Assembly (NCBI GenBank): GCA_963813715.1
Contig: CAWFAK010000005.1
Location: 672,001 to 736,000 of the forward strand
Reading direction: 5' to 3'
Length of the DNA: 64,000 bases
Origin: an uncultured Planctomycetaceae bacterium
GTDB lineage: Bacteria > Planctomycetota > Planctomycetia > Planctomycetales > Planctomycetaceae
The notes beneath the pieces were generated by a model. It worked only from the letters and a program-made list of their open reading frames with translations. It was not told the origin of the DNA and did no database searches. The position numbers were made by a program, and so were the translations under genes. How positions within the stretch are numbered: position 1 is the first letter of the stretch; each line of letters begins with the position of its first letter. Shown piece by piece: positions 51,603-63,085 of this stretch.

Positions 51603-53888
51603 ATGGCCCGTCCGAAGCTGATTCACCCCGGCCAACCGCTGGTTGTCCGCGCGATCCTGGGACTCTACGAGTTCTTCGCCTCGCTCAAGCTGGCCGTGGT
51701 GCTGATTTTGCTCTTGGCGATCGTCCTGGGGACGGCCACCTTCGTGGAGGCCAACTATGGGACGGCGGCCGTCGGCTTTTTGATCTACCACACCTGGTTT
51801 TTTGCCGCCCTTCTCTCGTTGCTGGCTCTCAGCATCTTTTGCGCGGCGGCCATTCGCTTTCCGTGGAAGCGGCACCAAACCGGCTTTGTGATCACGCACA
51901 TCGGCTTGCTCACCCTGTTGGCCGGCTCGGCGATCAGCGATCGGGGGAGCGTGAACTCGCAGATGCCCGTCTATCTGGGCGACTCGAATCAGGCGGCCGT
52001 CGATATGGACCAGTCGCTGATCTCGATCAGCAACATTCCGGGACATCCCGAGCAGCTCGACGTCAGGTTCCAGCCGGGACCTTTCAACTGGAGCGACCTG
52101 GCGCCCTATCCGATCACGCGGCGCCTAAAGTCCTGGGTGGGAATCGACAATTCGAGCCAGACGTGGCGGCACCCGCCGCAGACGCTCTACAACGACGGCA
52201 AAACCAAGCTCGAAGTCGTCGATTACTACTCGCGGAGCGCGGTTCATGGCACTCCCTACCTGAGCCTTCGGTTCTACCAGCCCAAGTTCAAGATGGAGAT
52301 CCCCGTCGAGCTGTCGACACGGCACGACAAGCCCGTTGCCGAGGCTCCGCTGGGCATGGTGGGCGACGTTTTCATGTGGCGCAGCGACGAGCCCGACGCG
52401 CTCACCGCCTTCAAAGAATGCAAACCCGACCGCACCGTCGAAGGTGATGGGATGGTCGCCTTCTGGTGTAAGGGCGAAACGATCTGCGCGTCCGTGAAGG
52501 AACTCAAGAAGCTCAAGGCCCAGGGCAAACGCTTCGAGCTGCCCGACGGGTTGAGCGTCGAGCTGGCCGGCTACTCCGATTCGGTCGACCTGCAATCGCT
52601 GATCCACGGAAAAGGCCTGATCCCCGCGGGCTCCGACGGCGAAGACCTGGGGCCTACCGTCGAGCTGTTCGTGTACGAGAAAGGCGCGGCGGCTACCTCG
52701 CCTGCAAAGGTGGATGAGAAAGAGAAAGCGGACAAAGCGAAGGCGGACAAAAAAGAGGCCCCAACCGCTCCGGAACCCCGGTCGCACGTGCTGCGGTTCG
52801 CCCAGTATCCCTACATGCCGGGAGGCAAACAGCCGGCCGGATTTCAGGCGGAGTTTTACCATCCATCGACCAAAGGCCGCGTCGAGATCCTGATCGGCCC
52901 GGGCGACAAGCTGGCCTATCGGGCCTGGCAAAAGGCCCTCGGCCGGGTCACCGCCTCGGGCGATTTGGAGATCGGAAAAACGGTCGATACGTTCTCGATG
53001 GGAGGAGGCGGCGACGCGTCGGGAAGCGAACGGTCCGTGATGACGATGACGCCCTTGCGTTACATCGGTCCGGGCCAGGAAGGGACCGAGCGCATCGGGC
53101 CCAACCAGGTCATCGTCTCGCTCCCCTTCGAAAAGTCCGAGGAGAAGTCGGAGCGCGGCCTGACGAAAGCCGCGCGGATGCGGCTCACCTGGACCGATTC
53201 CTCCGGGCAAACCAAGCAGGACGACTTCTGGCTCACGCAAAACCTGCCCTCTCAGTGGCCCGGCGCGGGACGCCGCCAGGTGCACCAAACCGACATCGGG
53301 GCCGACAAGCCGGTCCTGGCCTCGCTCAACGTGCGGGAAACGAACGTCGGGTTCGCGATGAAGCTCGTCAATTTCGATCTCGAAGTCGATCCGGGCACCA
53401 AGATGGCCAGTAATTACACGAGCCACCTAGTGCAGGTCGACGTCCGCCACGACCCGGAAATCGAGCAGCTCCGCCAGCGGCTGGCTGAAGCCTCCGATCC
53501 CGCCAGCAAGCAGGCGGCCCGCGTCGCGCTCGATGAAGCGCTCAACGCGCGGATCGAGGCCGAGCTGCAAAAGCTCAAGGGCAAGTCCGACGCCGAGGCG
53601 AAAAAGATCGTCGAGAACAGCTCCGACATGTCCAACATCGTGGTGACGATGAACCGGCCGCTCGATTATCCCGACCTCGACGGCCGCAGTTTGCGATTTT
53701 TCCAGGAAAACTACCTGGCCCCGGACAAAGAACGGGGCACGCCGCTGGGTTCGGTCTTCCGCGTGAACTATGATCCGGGACGGCCCGTGAAGTACCTGGG
53801 TTCAGGACTGATCGTCTTTGGGATCTTCCTGATGTTTTACATGCGGGCTTACTTCTTCAAGCGGCCTGCTCAAGGAGCCGTGTCATGA
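51603..53888 (+). CDS. resB: ResB/CcsB-like cytochrome c biogenesis protein
   Basis: FASLKLAV..GTATFVE, GFVITHIG, MNRPLDY, VNYDPG..KYLGS; upstream of ccsA. Confidence 0.8.
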   Translation: MARPKLIHPGQPLVVRAILGLYEFFASLKLAVVLILLLAIVLGTATFVEANYGTAAVGFLIYHTWFFAALLSLLALSIFCAAAIRFPWKRHQTGFVITHIGLLTLLAGSAISDRGSVNSQMPVYLGDSNQAAVDMDQSLISISNIPGHPEQLDVRFQPGPFNWSDLAPYPITRRLKSWVGIDNSSQTWRHPPQTLYNDGKTKLEVVDYYSRSAVHGTPYLSLRFYQPKFKMEIPVELSTRHDKPVAEAPLGMVGDVFMWRSDEPDALTAFKECKPDRTVEGDGMVAFWCKGETICASVKELKKLKAQGKRFELPDGLSVELAGYSDSVDLQSLIHGKGLIPAGSDGEDLGPTVELFVYEKGAAATSPAKVDEKEKADKAKADKKEAPTAPEPRSHVLRFAQYPYMPGGKQPAGFQAEFYHPSTKGRVEILIGPGDKLAYRAWQKALGRVTASGDLEIGKTVDTFSMGGGGDASGSERSVMTMTPLRYIGPGQEGTERIGPNQVIVSLPFEKSEEKSERGLTKAARMRLTWTDSSGQTKQDDFWLTQNLPSQWPGAGRRQVHQTDIGADKPVLASLNVRETNVGFAMKLVNFDLEVDPGTKMASNYTSHLVQVDVRHDPEIEQLRQRLAEASDPASKQAARVALDEALNARIEAELQKLKGKSDAEAKKIVENSSDMSNIVVTMNRPLDYPDLDGRSLRFFQENYLAPDKERGTPLGSVFRVNYDPGRPVKYLGSGLIVFGIFLMFYMRAYFFKRPAQGAVS

Positions 53889-56855
53889 TCCGGACGGCCG
53901 TCGGTTCTTGCGGTGCTGTGCCTCGCGCAGCAGTCGGGCCTCGTTTTTCTTCCCGTCAGCCTCGCGGCCGATGCTCCTGGGGCCAATGCTCCTGGGGCCG
54001 AGAAATCAATCTCCACCGCGACCACCGCCGCCACACCGAGCGCAACCGCTACGCGCATCGCCCATCCGAATTTCGATTGGTCCGGCTGGCAGCGAATCCC
54101 CGTCTTCAGCGACGGCCGCCTGAAGCCGCTGGACAGCCTGGCGGATGAAACCGTCAACGTCGTGACTGGCCGCTCGAAGTGGACGGACCCCGATGCCGAG
54201 GCGGCCGAGAGCAAAGAGCCGCACGTCTTTTTGGCCCCCGAGCTGCTCTATGGCTGGATCACCCGTCCGGACGAATGGATCGACCGGCCCATCTTCCGTT
54301 GCGAGTACCGTCCGCTCCGCGAAATCCTCAATACCGACACGATCAAGATCCCCGTCACTGGGACGTTCGTTTCGCTCGGGCAAATCCTCGACTGGAAAAA
54401 ATCGCAAGAGACCGGGCGCCCCGCCTACTGGTCGAAGAACCTGGAAGAGCGGCTGATCGCGCTCGACCGCGCGAACGGCAAGTCGCCGGACAGCGTGGGA
54501 GACACCGCCGACGATCGCGCGATCAACGCCAAGGTGGCCGAGCTGTTTCATCACGTGAAGGCCTTCCTCGACATTCGGCACGGCAACGACGTCTACGTCG
54601 TTCCCGGTCTCGATCCGCGTGCCCTCTCCCGCCAAACCGATCCCGATGAGCGGATCAACGCCTGGGTCGCGTTGGGCAGCCTGCTCGAGGTCGACAAGTG
54701 GCGAGGCGGCGACGACGTGACGATTGCCGCCATCATGGCGACCGATCGCGACGACCTGGCCCGCACGCTGCTCGATCCGCGGCGGGCGGAACGGGAGGCG
54801 GAGGCCAGTCCGAACAACCCGCGTCACCTGGTGACCATGCTGCCGCAGCTGGCCCAGGCGCAAAACGTCAAAGGCGATCTGCAGACCGAAATCGCCAATC
54901 TCAAGAAGACACTCGGAGAGACGCGGACGGCTTACGACGCCAACGACCAGAAGGCCTTCGACAGCTCGATGCACGCCTTCGTCGAGCAGTTGCGGCGGTT
55001 GGCCAAGGCGCTCGAAGTGGCCCGCACCAAAATGGTGCCGCCGGAAGCCAAAGCCTTCAAATTCGATCTGGATGACAAGCTCAACGACATCATCTGGAGC
55101 CGCTACGAGCCGCTGCCGTTGTTCGAGCCGCAGATGGAGTTCTCCGCGTACCCGGCCGCCGGCTCGCTCGACACGGAGATTCTCTACAACAAGTATCAGC
55201 CGTTCCGCCAGGCGTGGATCGTCTTTCTGATCGCGCTGTGCGTGATGGTCGTTGCGGGAATGGCCAAATCGTCGCGGCTCGTTTATGCCTGCGGTCTGGC
55301 GATCACGGCAGCCGCCATTCTGTACGCGGCTTGGGGCTTTTCGCTGCGGGTTGCCATCGCTGGCCGGCCGCCCGTCACCAATATGTACGAGACGGTGATC
55401 TGGGCGTCGTTCGTCGTCTCCGTGCTCGGTTTTTGGTTCACCCTGCTGCCGCTGACTTGGCCCGGACTGAGCTGGGCCTGGCGACTGTCCGGAATGCCGA
55501 TCCGTCGCCGCGAAAACGACTCGTCGGTGCCGCCGCGTCTGGAGCTGGATCGGCCGAAGCCCGAAGACGCCGGCAAGATCTTCAGCCGCGCGATGGCCCC
55601 CGTGCAATGTATCGCTTCGCTCGTGCGGCTGAGCGCCTTCGCCGGCGTGGTCTGGTTTCTCACTCGCAGCGACACGTCGTTTCGCATCATCAAGCTCACG
55701 CCGCCGATCTTCGGCAAGGCCGTTTCCCTGTCGTCAGTGGGGACGTGGCTCGTGGGGATCGCCGTCGTCTGCGGGTGCGCCTGGTTCGGCTCACGGGCGG
55801 CGATTGCCGTGCTTTTGACGCCGTTCACCCTCATTCCGGAGGCGGCTCGCAACCGGGGCGAGCTGTGGCAGCAGACGTATCAGCGCCGCTATTTCCTGAT
55901 GGGTGCGCTGCCCGTCGCCTGCTTCGGAATGATGCTGGCCCACTTCGTCGGCATGACCAGCCCCGACATCTTCAATCCGCGGATCGGCTCGATCACGGCC
56001 GTGCTGCGTAACAATTACTGGCTGGCGATCCACGTCCTGACGATCGTTTCGAGCTATGGGGCCGGGGGACTGGCCTGGGGCCTGGGCAACCTGGCCATGC
56101 TCTATTACCTCTTCGGCAAGTACCGTGCGCCGGGACAGACATCGTCGGTGGCTCTCGCGGCCACCGGTGCAGGCCCCGCGCACAACGGCGGCCCGATCTT
56201 CGATCTCGACGCGCATTACCGCGGTGGCGAACCGTCGCTGGCCGCGCGGCTCAAGAAGGCGGGCGAGGCGCTCAAGCCGGCCATGCTGACCCGCACGATC
56301 AAGGCCGGCTTCGAGGACTTCGGCACGGGCGACGAACATCTGGCGGCGTCCCACGCGCGGCCACCCAAAGAAGTCGCCACGCTGGCAAGTTACACCTACA
56401 AGGCCCAGCAAGTGGCCGTGCTGCTGCTGGCGGCCGGCACGATCCTGGGCGGATTGTGGGCCGACGTCTCCTGGGGTCGCTTCTGGGATTGGGATCCGAA
56501 AGAAGTGTGGGCGCTGATCTCGCTGTTGGCCTATCTCGTCGTGCTCCACGGCCGCTACGCCGGCTGGGTCGGCACTTTCGGCACCAACGTGGGCGGCGTG
56601 CTCTGTTTCTCGGCGATCTTGTTCTCGTGGTACGGCGTCAACTTTGTGCTGCCGATGGTGAACGGCTGGCTGCAAGGAACGAACATGCCGACGGAAGTCG
56701 GCCTGCATGCGTACGCGGTTGGGTCGGGCGGACTGGGTTACGTGTCGACCGCGGTGGTGCTGAACCTGCTGTTGGTTGCCGCCGCTTGGGGTCGCTATGC
56801 CGCGGAGACCACCGACTTGCTTTCGCGATCGACGGCCGCCAAGAGCGAAACGTAA
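53885..56855 (+). CDS. ccsA: Cytochrome c biogenesis protein CcsA with large periplasmic domain (N-terminal frameshift)
   Basis: DGRLKPLD, GRPPVTNMYE, WLAIHV, WADVSWGRFWDWDPKEVW, GLHAY. Confidence 0.92.
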
Positions 56856-56908
56856 CCGGTCGCCGCGGGCACGTCGGCCCACTGATTTGCGGCAAACACC
56901 ATCCTACG

Positions 56909-57691
<783 letters not shown>

Positions 57692-57784
57692 GATCGTGAT
57701 GCCTCAAAGCAGATTGGTCAGAGAAAAGCAGATTGGTGAAGGACCGGCAGGATTAGGCGGCAACCCGTTCGGCGAACGCCCCAG

Positions 57785-58633
57785 TCAGCGAACACCGTCG
57801 CGCGGCGCGGTCTGAACAATTTCGGGGTCGGAGTGGGAAGTGCCGCGGCCCGGTCGGAAGTATCTCATCGATTCCTTGACGACGACGCTCCGCGGGGCCA
57901 TGCGCACCAGCATGGTCACGAAGTAGTTCCGCCACCCCGGGATATAGCACTGTTTGCGTTTTTCCAGCGCACGCAGCGCGCCCTTGGCCACTTTTTCGGC
58001 GGAATGAGAGGGGCGCCGCTTGAGCCAGCCGGGCACTCCGGCGACGTCGAAGAGTTCCGTCCGCGTCGTGCCGGGGCAAACGGCCATCAGGCTCACACCT
58101 CGTCCGCGGACCTCGGCCCAGAGGGCCTCCGTAAAGTTCAAGATGTAGCTTTTGCTGGCAGCGTAAGCGGCCATGTAGGCCACAGGCTGAAACGCGGCGA
58201 CCGACGAGACGTTCAAGATGGCGCCGTGGCCGCGGGCCAGCATTCCGGGCAGGAATCGGTAGGTGAGGTCGGTGACCGTCATCACGTTGAGCCGCAGCAT
58301 CTGTTCGATCCGCTCGCTGTCGGTCTTTTCGACTTCGCCGACGACGGCAAATCCGGCGTTATTGATGAGTAGCTCGATCGTGATGCCCCGTTGGGCCACC
58401 TGGTCGAAAAGGGCCGCTGGTTCGCGCGGATCCGATAGGTCGCTGGAGATGACTTCGCAGTTGGAGCGGTGCCGGGCGTGCAATTCGGCGGCCAGCTCGT
58501 TGAGGCGATCGGTCCGGCGCGCCGCCAGCACCAGATGCATGCCGCGGGCTGCGAGCAAGCGGGCGAATTCGGCACCGATCCCTGATGACGCGCCGGTGAC
58601 GAGTGCCCAGCGTTCGGCATATTGATCGAGCAA
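57785..58633 (-). CDS. SDR oxidoreductase (DltE-like)
   Basis: TGASSGIG, NNAG, YAASK, VCPGTT; TTG start inferred. Confidence 0.9.
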   Translation of the reverse strand: MLDQYAERWALVTGASSGIGAEFARLLAARGMHLVLAARRTDRLNELAAELHARHRSNCEVISSDLSDPREPAALFDQVAQRGITIELLINNAGFAVVGEVEKTDSERIEQMLRLNVMTVTDLTYRFLPGMLARGHGAILNVSSVAAFQPVAYMAAYAASKSYILNFTEALWAEVRGRGVSLMAVCPGTTRTELFDVAGVPGWLKRRPSHSAEKVAKGALRALEKRKQCYIPGWRNYFVTMLVRMAPRSVVVKESMRYFRPGRGTSHSDPEIVQTAPRDGVR

Positions 58634-58866
58634 CGCACTCCCCCCGCGAGCGAATCCCGTTCGTCGCCCCAAAATCCTAGCAGATCCCCCAACAAACCAA
58701 AACGAGCCGCGGCGAGGCAGCAAGCGAGGCCCCGCAGAGCCGTCGGATCGTTTCGTCCAAAGCTCTTTTTCGGTACAGTCGGGTTCGGGAAGCGAGGTTG
58801 GAGCCGAGCGCGAGCGGAACGAAAATCGAGCCCCAAATTTCCCCTGACAATCTGCGTTGCAGTTTC

Positions 58867-58895
58867 TTGACAAAGAACACAAGCCTCACTACTAT
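58867..58895 (+). promoter_or_regulatory. Sigma70 promoter of the S10 operon
   Basis: TTGACA-17 nt-TACTAT, 67 bp before rpsJ. Confidence 0.85.
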
Positions 58896-58962
58896 CACGG
58901 GTTTCCCGCGTTGCGGGAGCTAGGGCGAAGTTGACGTAAATCCTTTGTTGGGGAGACTTTGA

Positions 58963-59295
58963 GTGGCGGGCGGGAGCCAAGAACGGATTCGGATTCGGAT
59001 GGAGGCGTACGACCATTCCGTTCTCGATCAGTCGGCATCGGAAATTGTCGACACGGCGAAGAGGACGGGTGCCGTCGTGCACGGTCCGATTCCCCTGCCT
59101 ACTCGCATCGAACGGTACACGGTGCTGCGCAGTCCGCACATCGACAAGAAATCCCGTGAGCAGTTCGAGATTCGCACCCACAAACGATTGATTGACATCA
59201 TCCAGCCGACGGGAAAGACTATCGACGCGTTGAACAAGCTGTCGCTGCCTGCGGGCGTCGACATCAAGATCAAGGCGTCGGCGGGGGGAGGTTGA
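58963..59295 (+). CDS. rpsJ: 30S ribosomal protein S10
   Basis: [31 protein letters not shown]. Confidence 0.98.
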   Translation: MAGGSQERIRIRMEAYDHSVLDQSASEIVDTAKRTGAVVHGPIPLPTRIERYTVLRSPHIDKKSREQFEIRTHKRLIDIIQPTGKTIDALNKLSLPAGVDIKIKASAGGG

Positions 59296-59672
59296 GGACG
59301 AACAACGTCGAACGTCTGAATGATGATTGCCGCGCCACAATCTGAGGCGCGGTCTTTCGTCAAAACTGACGTCGAACTGCAAATCGTCGGGCCGCTTGAA
59401 GCGTGCCCGCTGGCTGAGTCGCTTGGCAAAAGTGGACTCTGGCAAGCGCGATCGATTGCGGTGCTCGTCCCGTGTCCCCGAGCAGGATTCACATCGGCAG
59501 CCTCTCGGCTCTGCCGCGAAAAATCACCAGTGCAGTCGCACGTGTGCTTCGCCGCCCGTGCCGCCACACTGCCGTTACAGTTAACGAATCACAGTTTCGG
59601 CTTGTCGACTTTTGCTCGTCGCCACGTCGATGGAACTTGCGAATCGAATCGCATCGTTGGGATGTTTCCGCC

Positions 59673-60389
59673 ATGCGAATGGGAATACTGGGCCGCAAAG
59701 TCGGCATGACGCAGGTGTACGACGCGGAGGGAAACCTCCACGCGGTGACCGTCATCGAGGCCGGCCCGTGCACCGTGCTGGCGGTACGGACCAAGGAGCG
59801 TGACGGTTACGAGGCGGTGCAGCTGGGCTTCGTCGACAAGAAGCGTAAGCAGGCCAGTCGCGCCGAGCGCGGACAGGTTGCCAACCTCGAGGGGCGCCGC
59901 CAGAAGCGGCGGGTCTCGCTCGGTCAGCCGGCCGTTGCCAAGGCCAACTGCGAGCCCAAGCGTTACATCCGCGAGTTCCGAACCGAGGGGGACGAGCACG
60001 GCCTCGAGGTCGGCGGCGAAGTCAAACTGTCGATTTTGAGCGAGATCAAACGCGTCGACCTGATCGGCTTGACCAAGGGCCGTGGACACACCGGCGTGAT
60101 GAAGCGGCACAACTTCCAGGGGCAGGGTGCCACTCACGGCGTCAAGCGGATGCACCGCCACGGCGGCTCGATCGGTGCCAGTGCCGACCCGTCGCACGTC
60201 GTTAAGGGCAAGCGGATGCCGGGCCGTTACGGCGGCGAACAGGTCACCATGCGGAACATTTCGGTGTTTAAGGTGGACGCGGAAACGAACATGCTGTTGG
60301 TGGAAGGATCGGTTCCCGGTCCGACCGGCGGCTGGGTCGTGATCCGGCCGACCAAGAAGCACGGGAAGAAAGAACAACCGACGAAGTAG
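59673..60389 (+). CDS. rplC: 50S ribosomal protein L3
   Basis: GRKVGMTQ, DGYEAVQLG, KGKRMPG. Confidence 0.98.
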   Translation: MRMGILGRKVGMTQVYDAEGNLHAVTVIEAGPCTVLAVRTKERDGYEAVQLGFVDKKRKQASRAERGQVANLEGRRQKRRVSLGQPAVAKANCEPKRYIREFRTEGDEHGLEVGGEVKLSILSEIKRVDLIGLTKGRGHTGVMKRHNFQGQGATHGVKRMHRHGGSIGASADPSHVVKGKRMPGRYGGEQVTMRNISVFKVDAETNMLLVEGSVPGPTGGWVVIRPTKKHGKKEQPTK

Positions 60390-60412
60390 TCGCTGACTGG
60401 TGGACCAGAGTC

Positions 60413-61078
60413 ATGGCCGAAGTGAAATCCAAAATCACCGTCGCAGTTCGCGACAAGACCGGTCAGTCGGTCGGCAGCGTCAATTTCGACGCTGACGAAC
60501 TGGCGCCCGGTATTAACAAGCAGCTGCTGCACGACGTGGTGGTCATGTACGAGGCCAACCGTCGCGTTGGCACCGTCCAGAACCGCAACCGCGCCCAAAC
60601 CGAGGGCAGCACCAAAAAGCTTTATCGGCAGAAGGGGACAGGCCGGGCTCGCGCCGGAACGCTGCGGACGGGCACACGTCGCGGCGGCGGTCGCGCCCAC
60701 GCTCGCTACCCGATCGATTACAGCTATCGCCTGCCCAAGAAGGCCGTGCGCCTGGCGACCCGGATGGCCCTGTTGAGCAAGTTCATCGACGAGCAGGTGA
60801 CGTTGCTCAACGAGCTCTCGATCGCCGAGCCCAAGACCAAGGCGATCGCCGGCATGCTGAAGTCGCTGGGGCTCTCGAAGACGAGTTGCCTGCTCGCGAT
60901 CGAAGCGCACGACGGCAAGGTGTGGCGCTCGGGACGCAACATTCCGACGCTGCAGATCTCCAGCTGCGACGATCTCAATGCCTACGACCTGTTGCACCAG
61001 CGGCAATTGATTTTGACGCGGGGCGCCCTCGAGCGGCTGCGGAAGGGCTCCAAAAAGCCGGCCGCGGCAAAAGGATAA
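60413..61078 (+). CDS. rplD: 50S ribosomal protein L4
   Basis: RQKGTGRARAG, RGGG, RNIP. Confidence 0.97.
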   Translation: MAEVKSKITVAVRDKTGQSVGSVNFDADELAPGINKQLLHDVVVMYEANRRVGTVQNRNRAQTEGSTKKLYRQKGTGRARAGTLRTGTRRGGGRAHARYPIDYSYRLPKKAVRLATRMALLSKFIDEQVTLLNELSIAEPKTKAIAGMLKSLGLSKTSCLLAIEAHDGKVWRSGRNIPTLQISSCDDLNAYDLLHQRQLILTRGALERLRKGSKKPAAAKG

Positions 61079-61084
61079 CCAATC

Positions 61085-61393
61085 ATGGCCGAGGCAACTG
61101 CTCCCAAGATCAAGTTGGAACCGTACCAAGTGGTGCTGCACCCCCTGGTGACGGAAAAGGGAACGCACATTTCCGAGCGGCACAACGCCTATACGTTCAG
61201 CGTCGCGCCGATGGCGACCAAGACCGAGATCAAGCACGCCGTCGAGGAATTGTGGAGCGTTCGCGTCCTCAAAGTTCGCACGCAGAATCGCAAGGGGAAA
61301 GTTCGGCGTCACCGCCTCAAGGCGGGGCACACGTCCGCTTGGAAGAAGGCGATCGTCGAGCTGAATCCCGAAGATCGGATCGTGTTCTTCTAA
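61085..61393 (+). CDS. rplW: 50S ribosomal protein L23
   Basis: PLVTEK, ATKTEIK, WKKAIV. Confidence 0.97.
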   Translation: MAEATAPKIKLEPYQVVLHPLVTEKGTHISERHNAYTFSVAPMATKTEIKHAVEELWSVRVLKVRTQNRKGKVRRHRLKAGHTSAWKKAIVELNPEDRIVFF

Positions 61394-61455
61394 GGATTCT
61401 TCGCAGGCGTCTTCAGGGCGACATTGCTCCCCGTTGAATCGTCAGGACTGTTCCG

Positions 61456-62313
61456 ATGGGCATACGAAAATACAAGCCGACCTCTCCCGGACGCCGCGCG
61501 GGCTCGGTGAGCGATTTTTCGGAGATCACCGATCCGAAAAAGGAGCCGGAGAAGCTCCTCTCGTTCCGGATGAAGAAGAAGGGCGGCCGCAACTTCCAGG
61601 GTCGCATCACGGCCCGGCACCGCGGCGGCGGGCACAAGAAGATTTACCGGATGATCGACTTCGACCGGGACAAGGACGGCGTCCCCGCGAAGGTGGCCTT
61701 CATCGAATACGATCCCAATCGCTCGGCCCGCATCGCGCTGTTGCATTATGCCGACGGCGAGAAGCGATACATCCTCGCCCCCGAGGGGCTGAAGGTCGGC
61801 GACAAGGTCGAGAGCGGACTGGCAGTTGAGCCCAACGTCGGCAACGCGATGCCGCTGGAAAAGATTCCGCCGGGCACGCAGGTCCACTGCATCGAAATGC
61901 AGCCGGGAAGCGGCGGCCAGCTGTGCCGTACGGCCGGCGTGCACGCGGTGATGAACGCCCGCGAAGGGAAGTGGGCCCAGATCACACTGCCGTCCGGTGA
62001 AGTGCGGCGGCTCCCCAGCGCGTGCCGCGCGACCGTGGGCGTGATCGGCAATTCCGACCATATCAACGTTTCGATCGGCAAGGCGGGACGCAAGCGATGG
62101 ATGGGACGGCGTCCCCATGTCCGCGGCGTCGCCATGAACCCGGTCGCTCACCCGATGGGCGGCGGCGAAGGCCGCAGCTCGGGCGGACGGCATCCTTGCA
62201 GCCCGACCGGCGTGCTCTCCAAGGGAGGCCGCACCCGCAAACGTCGCAAGCCGTCGTCCAAAGCCATTATTCGCCGTCGCAAGTCGCGCCGTTACGGCCA
62301 ATTGAAAATCTGA
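61456..62313 (+). CDS. rplB: 50S ribosomal protein L2
   Basis: [29 protein letters not shown]. Confidence 0.98.
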   Translation: MGIRKYKPTSPGRRAGSVSDFSEITDPKKEPEKLLSFRMKKKGGRNFQGRITARHRGGGHKKIYRMIDFDRDKDGVPAKVAFIEYDPNRSARIALLHYADGEKRYILAPEGLKVGDKVESGLAVEPNVGNAMPLEKIPPGTQVHCIEMQPGSGGQLCRTAGVHAVMNAREGKWAQITLPSGEVRRLPSACRATVGVIGNSDHINVSIGKAGRKRWMGRRPHVRGVAMNPVAHPMGGGEGRSSGGRHPCSPTGVLSKGGRTRKRRKPSSKAIIRRRKSRRYGQLKI

Positions 62314-62353
62314 CGCCAGACCACCGCCAGGAAGACCTCCGCCAGGAAAAGTT

Positions 62354-62623
62354 ATGGGACGTTCACTCAAAAAAGGTCCGTTCGTCGACGAAAAGCTCCT
62401 CAAGAAGGTGGAGCGGCTCACGATGTCGGCCAAGAAAGAGCCGATCAAGACCTGGGCGCGCCGCTCGACGGTGTCGCCCGAGTTCGTGGGCCACACCTTT
62501 TTGGTCCACGACGGTCGCAAGCACATCAGCGTCTACGTGACCGAAGAAATGGTCGGACACAAGCTGGGAGAGTTCGCCCCCTCCCGCACGTTCCGGGGCC
62601 ACGGGGCCAAGGGTAAGAAGTAG
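62354..62623 (+). CDS. rpsS: 30S ribosomal protein S19
   Basis: [19 protein letters not shown]. Confidence 0.98.
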   Translation: MGRSLKKGPFVDEKLLKKVERLTMSAKKEPIKTWARRSTVSPEFVGHTFLVHDGRKHISVYVTEEMVGHKLGEFAPSRTFRGHGAKGKK

Positions 62624-62699
62624 CGCGCGGTCTGGAAGCAGCCGCGTAAGTAACGAGCCAGCGCAAACAAGAAGAGCCGGAGAAAGAGGAGAATCGCCG

Positions 62700-63044
62700 A
62701 TGGCCCGCATTATGGCCAAGCACCGCTTCGCACGCATTGCGGCGACGAAGGTGCGTCCCTTTGCCGACCTGATCCGGAATCAGCCTGCGGGGGACGGTCT
62801 GCTCTTGCTCAAGTACGAGCCCAATCGCGGCGCGCGGATGCTGGAAAAGGTGCTCAAGAGCGCGATTGCCAACTGCGAAGATCGCGGGGCTCGCAACGTG
62901 GACAGTTTGAAGATCGTCGAAGCCTGCGTCGACGGCGGCCCGATGTTCAAACGGATGCTGCCCCGGTCGCGGGGCATGGCCAACGTCATCCGTCGCCGTT
63001 TCGCTCATATCCGCGTCGTGATCGACGTGCCCGAGCTGGCCTGA
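62700..63044 (+). CDS. rplV: 50S ribosomal protein L22
   Basis: KVRPFADLIR, KSAIAN, DGGPMFKR..PRSRG. Confidence 0.97.
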   Translation: MARIMAKHRFARIAATKVRPFADLIRNQPAGDGLLLLKYEPNRGARMLEKVLKSAIANCEDRGARNVDSLKIVEACVDGGPMFKRMLPRSRGMANVIRRRFAHIRVVIDVPELA

Positions 63045-63085
63045 CAGAAAACACCAAAGACCGAACCGGTCCGCGAGACGAACTT

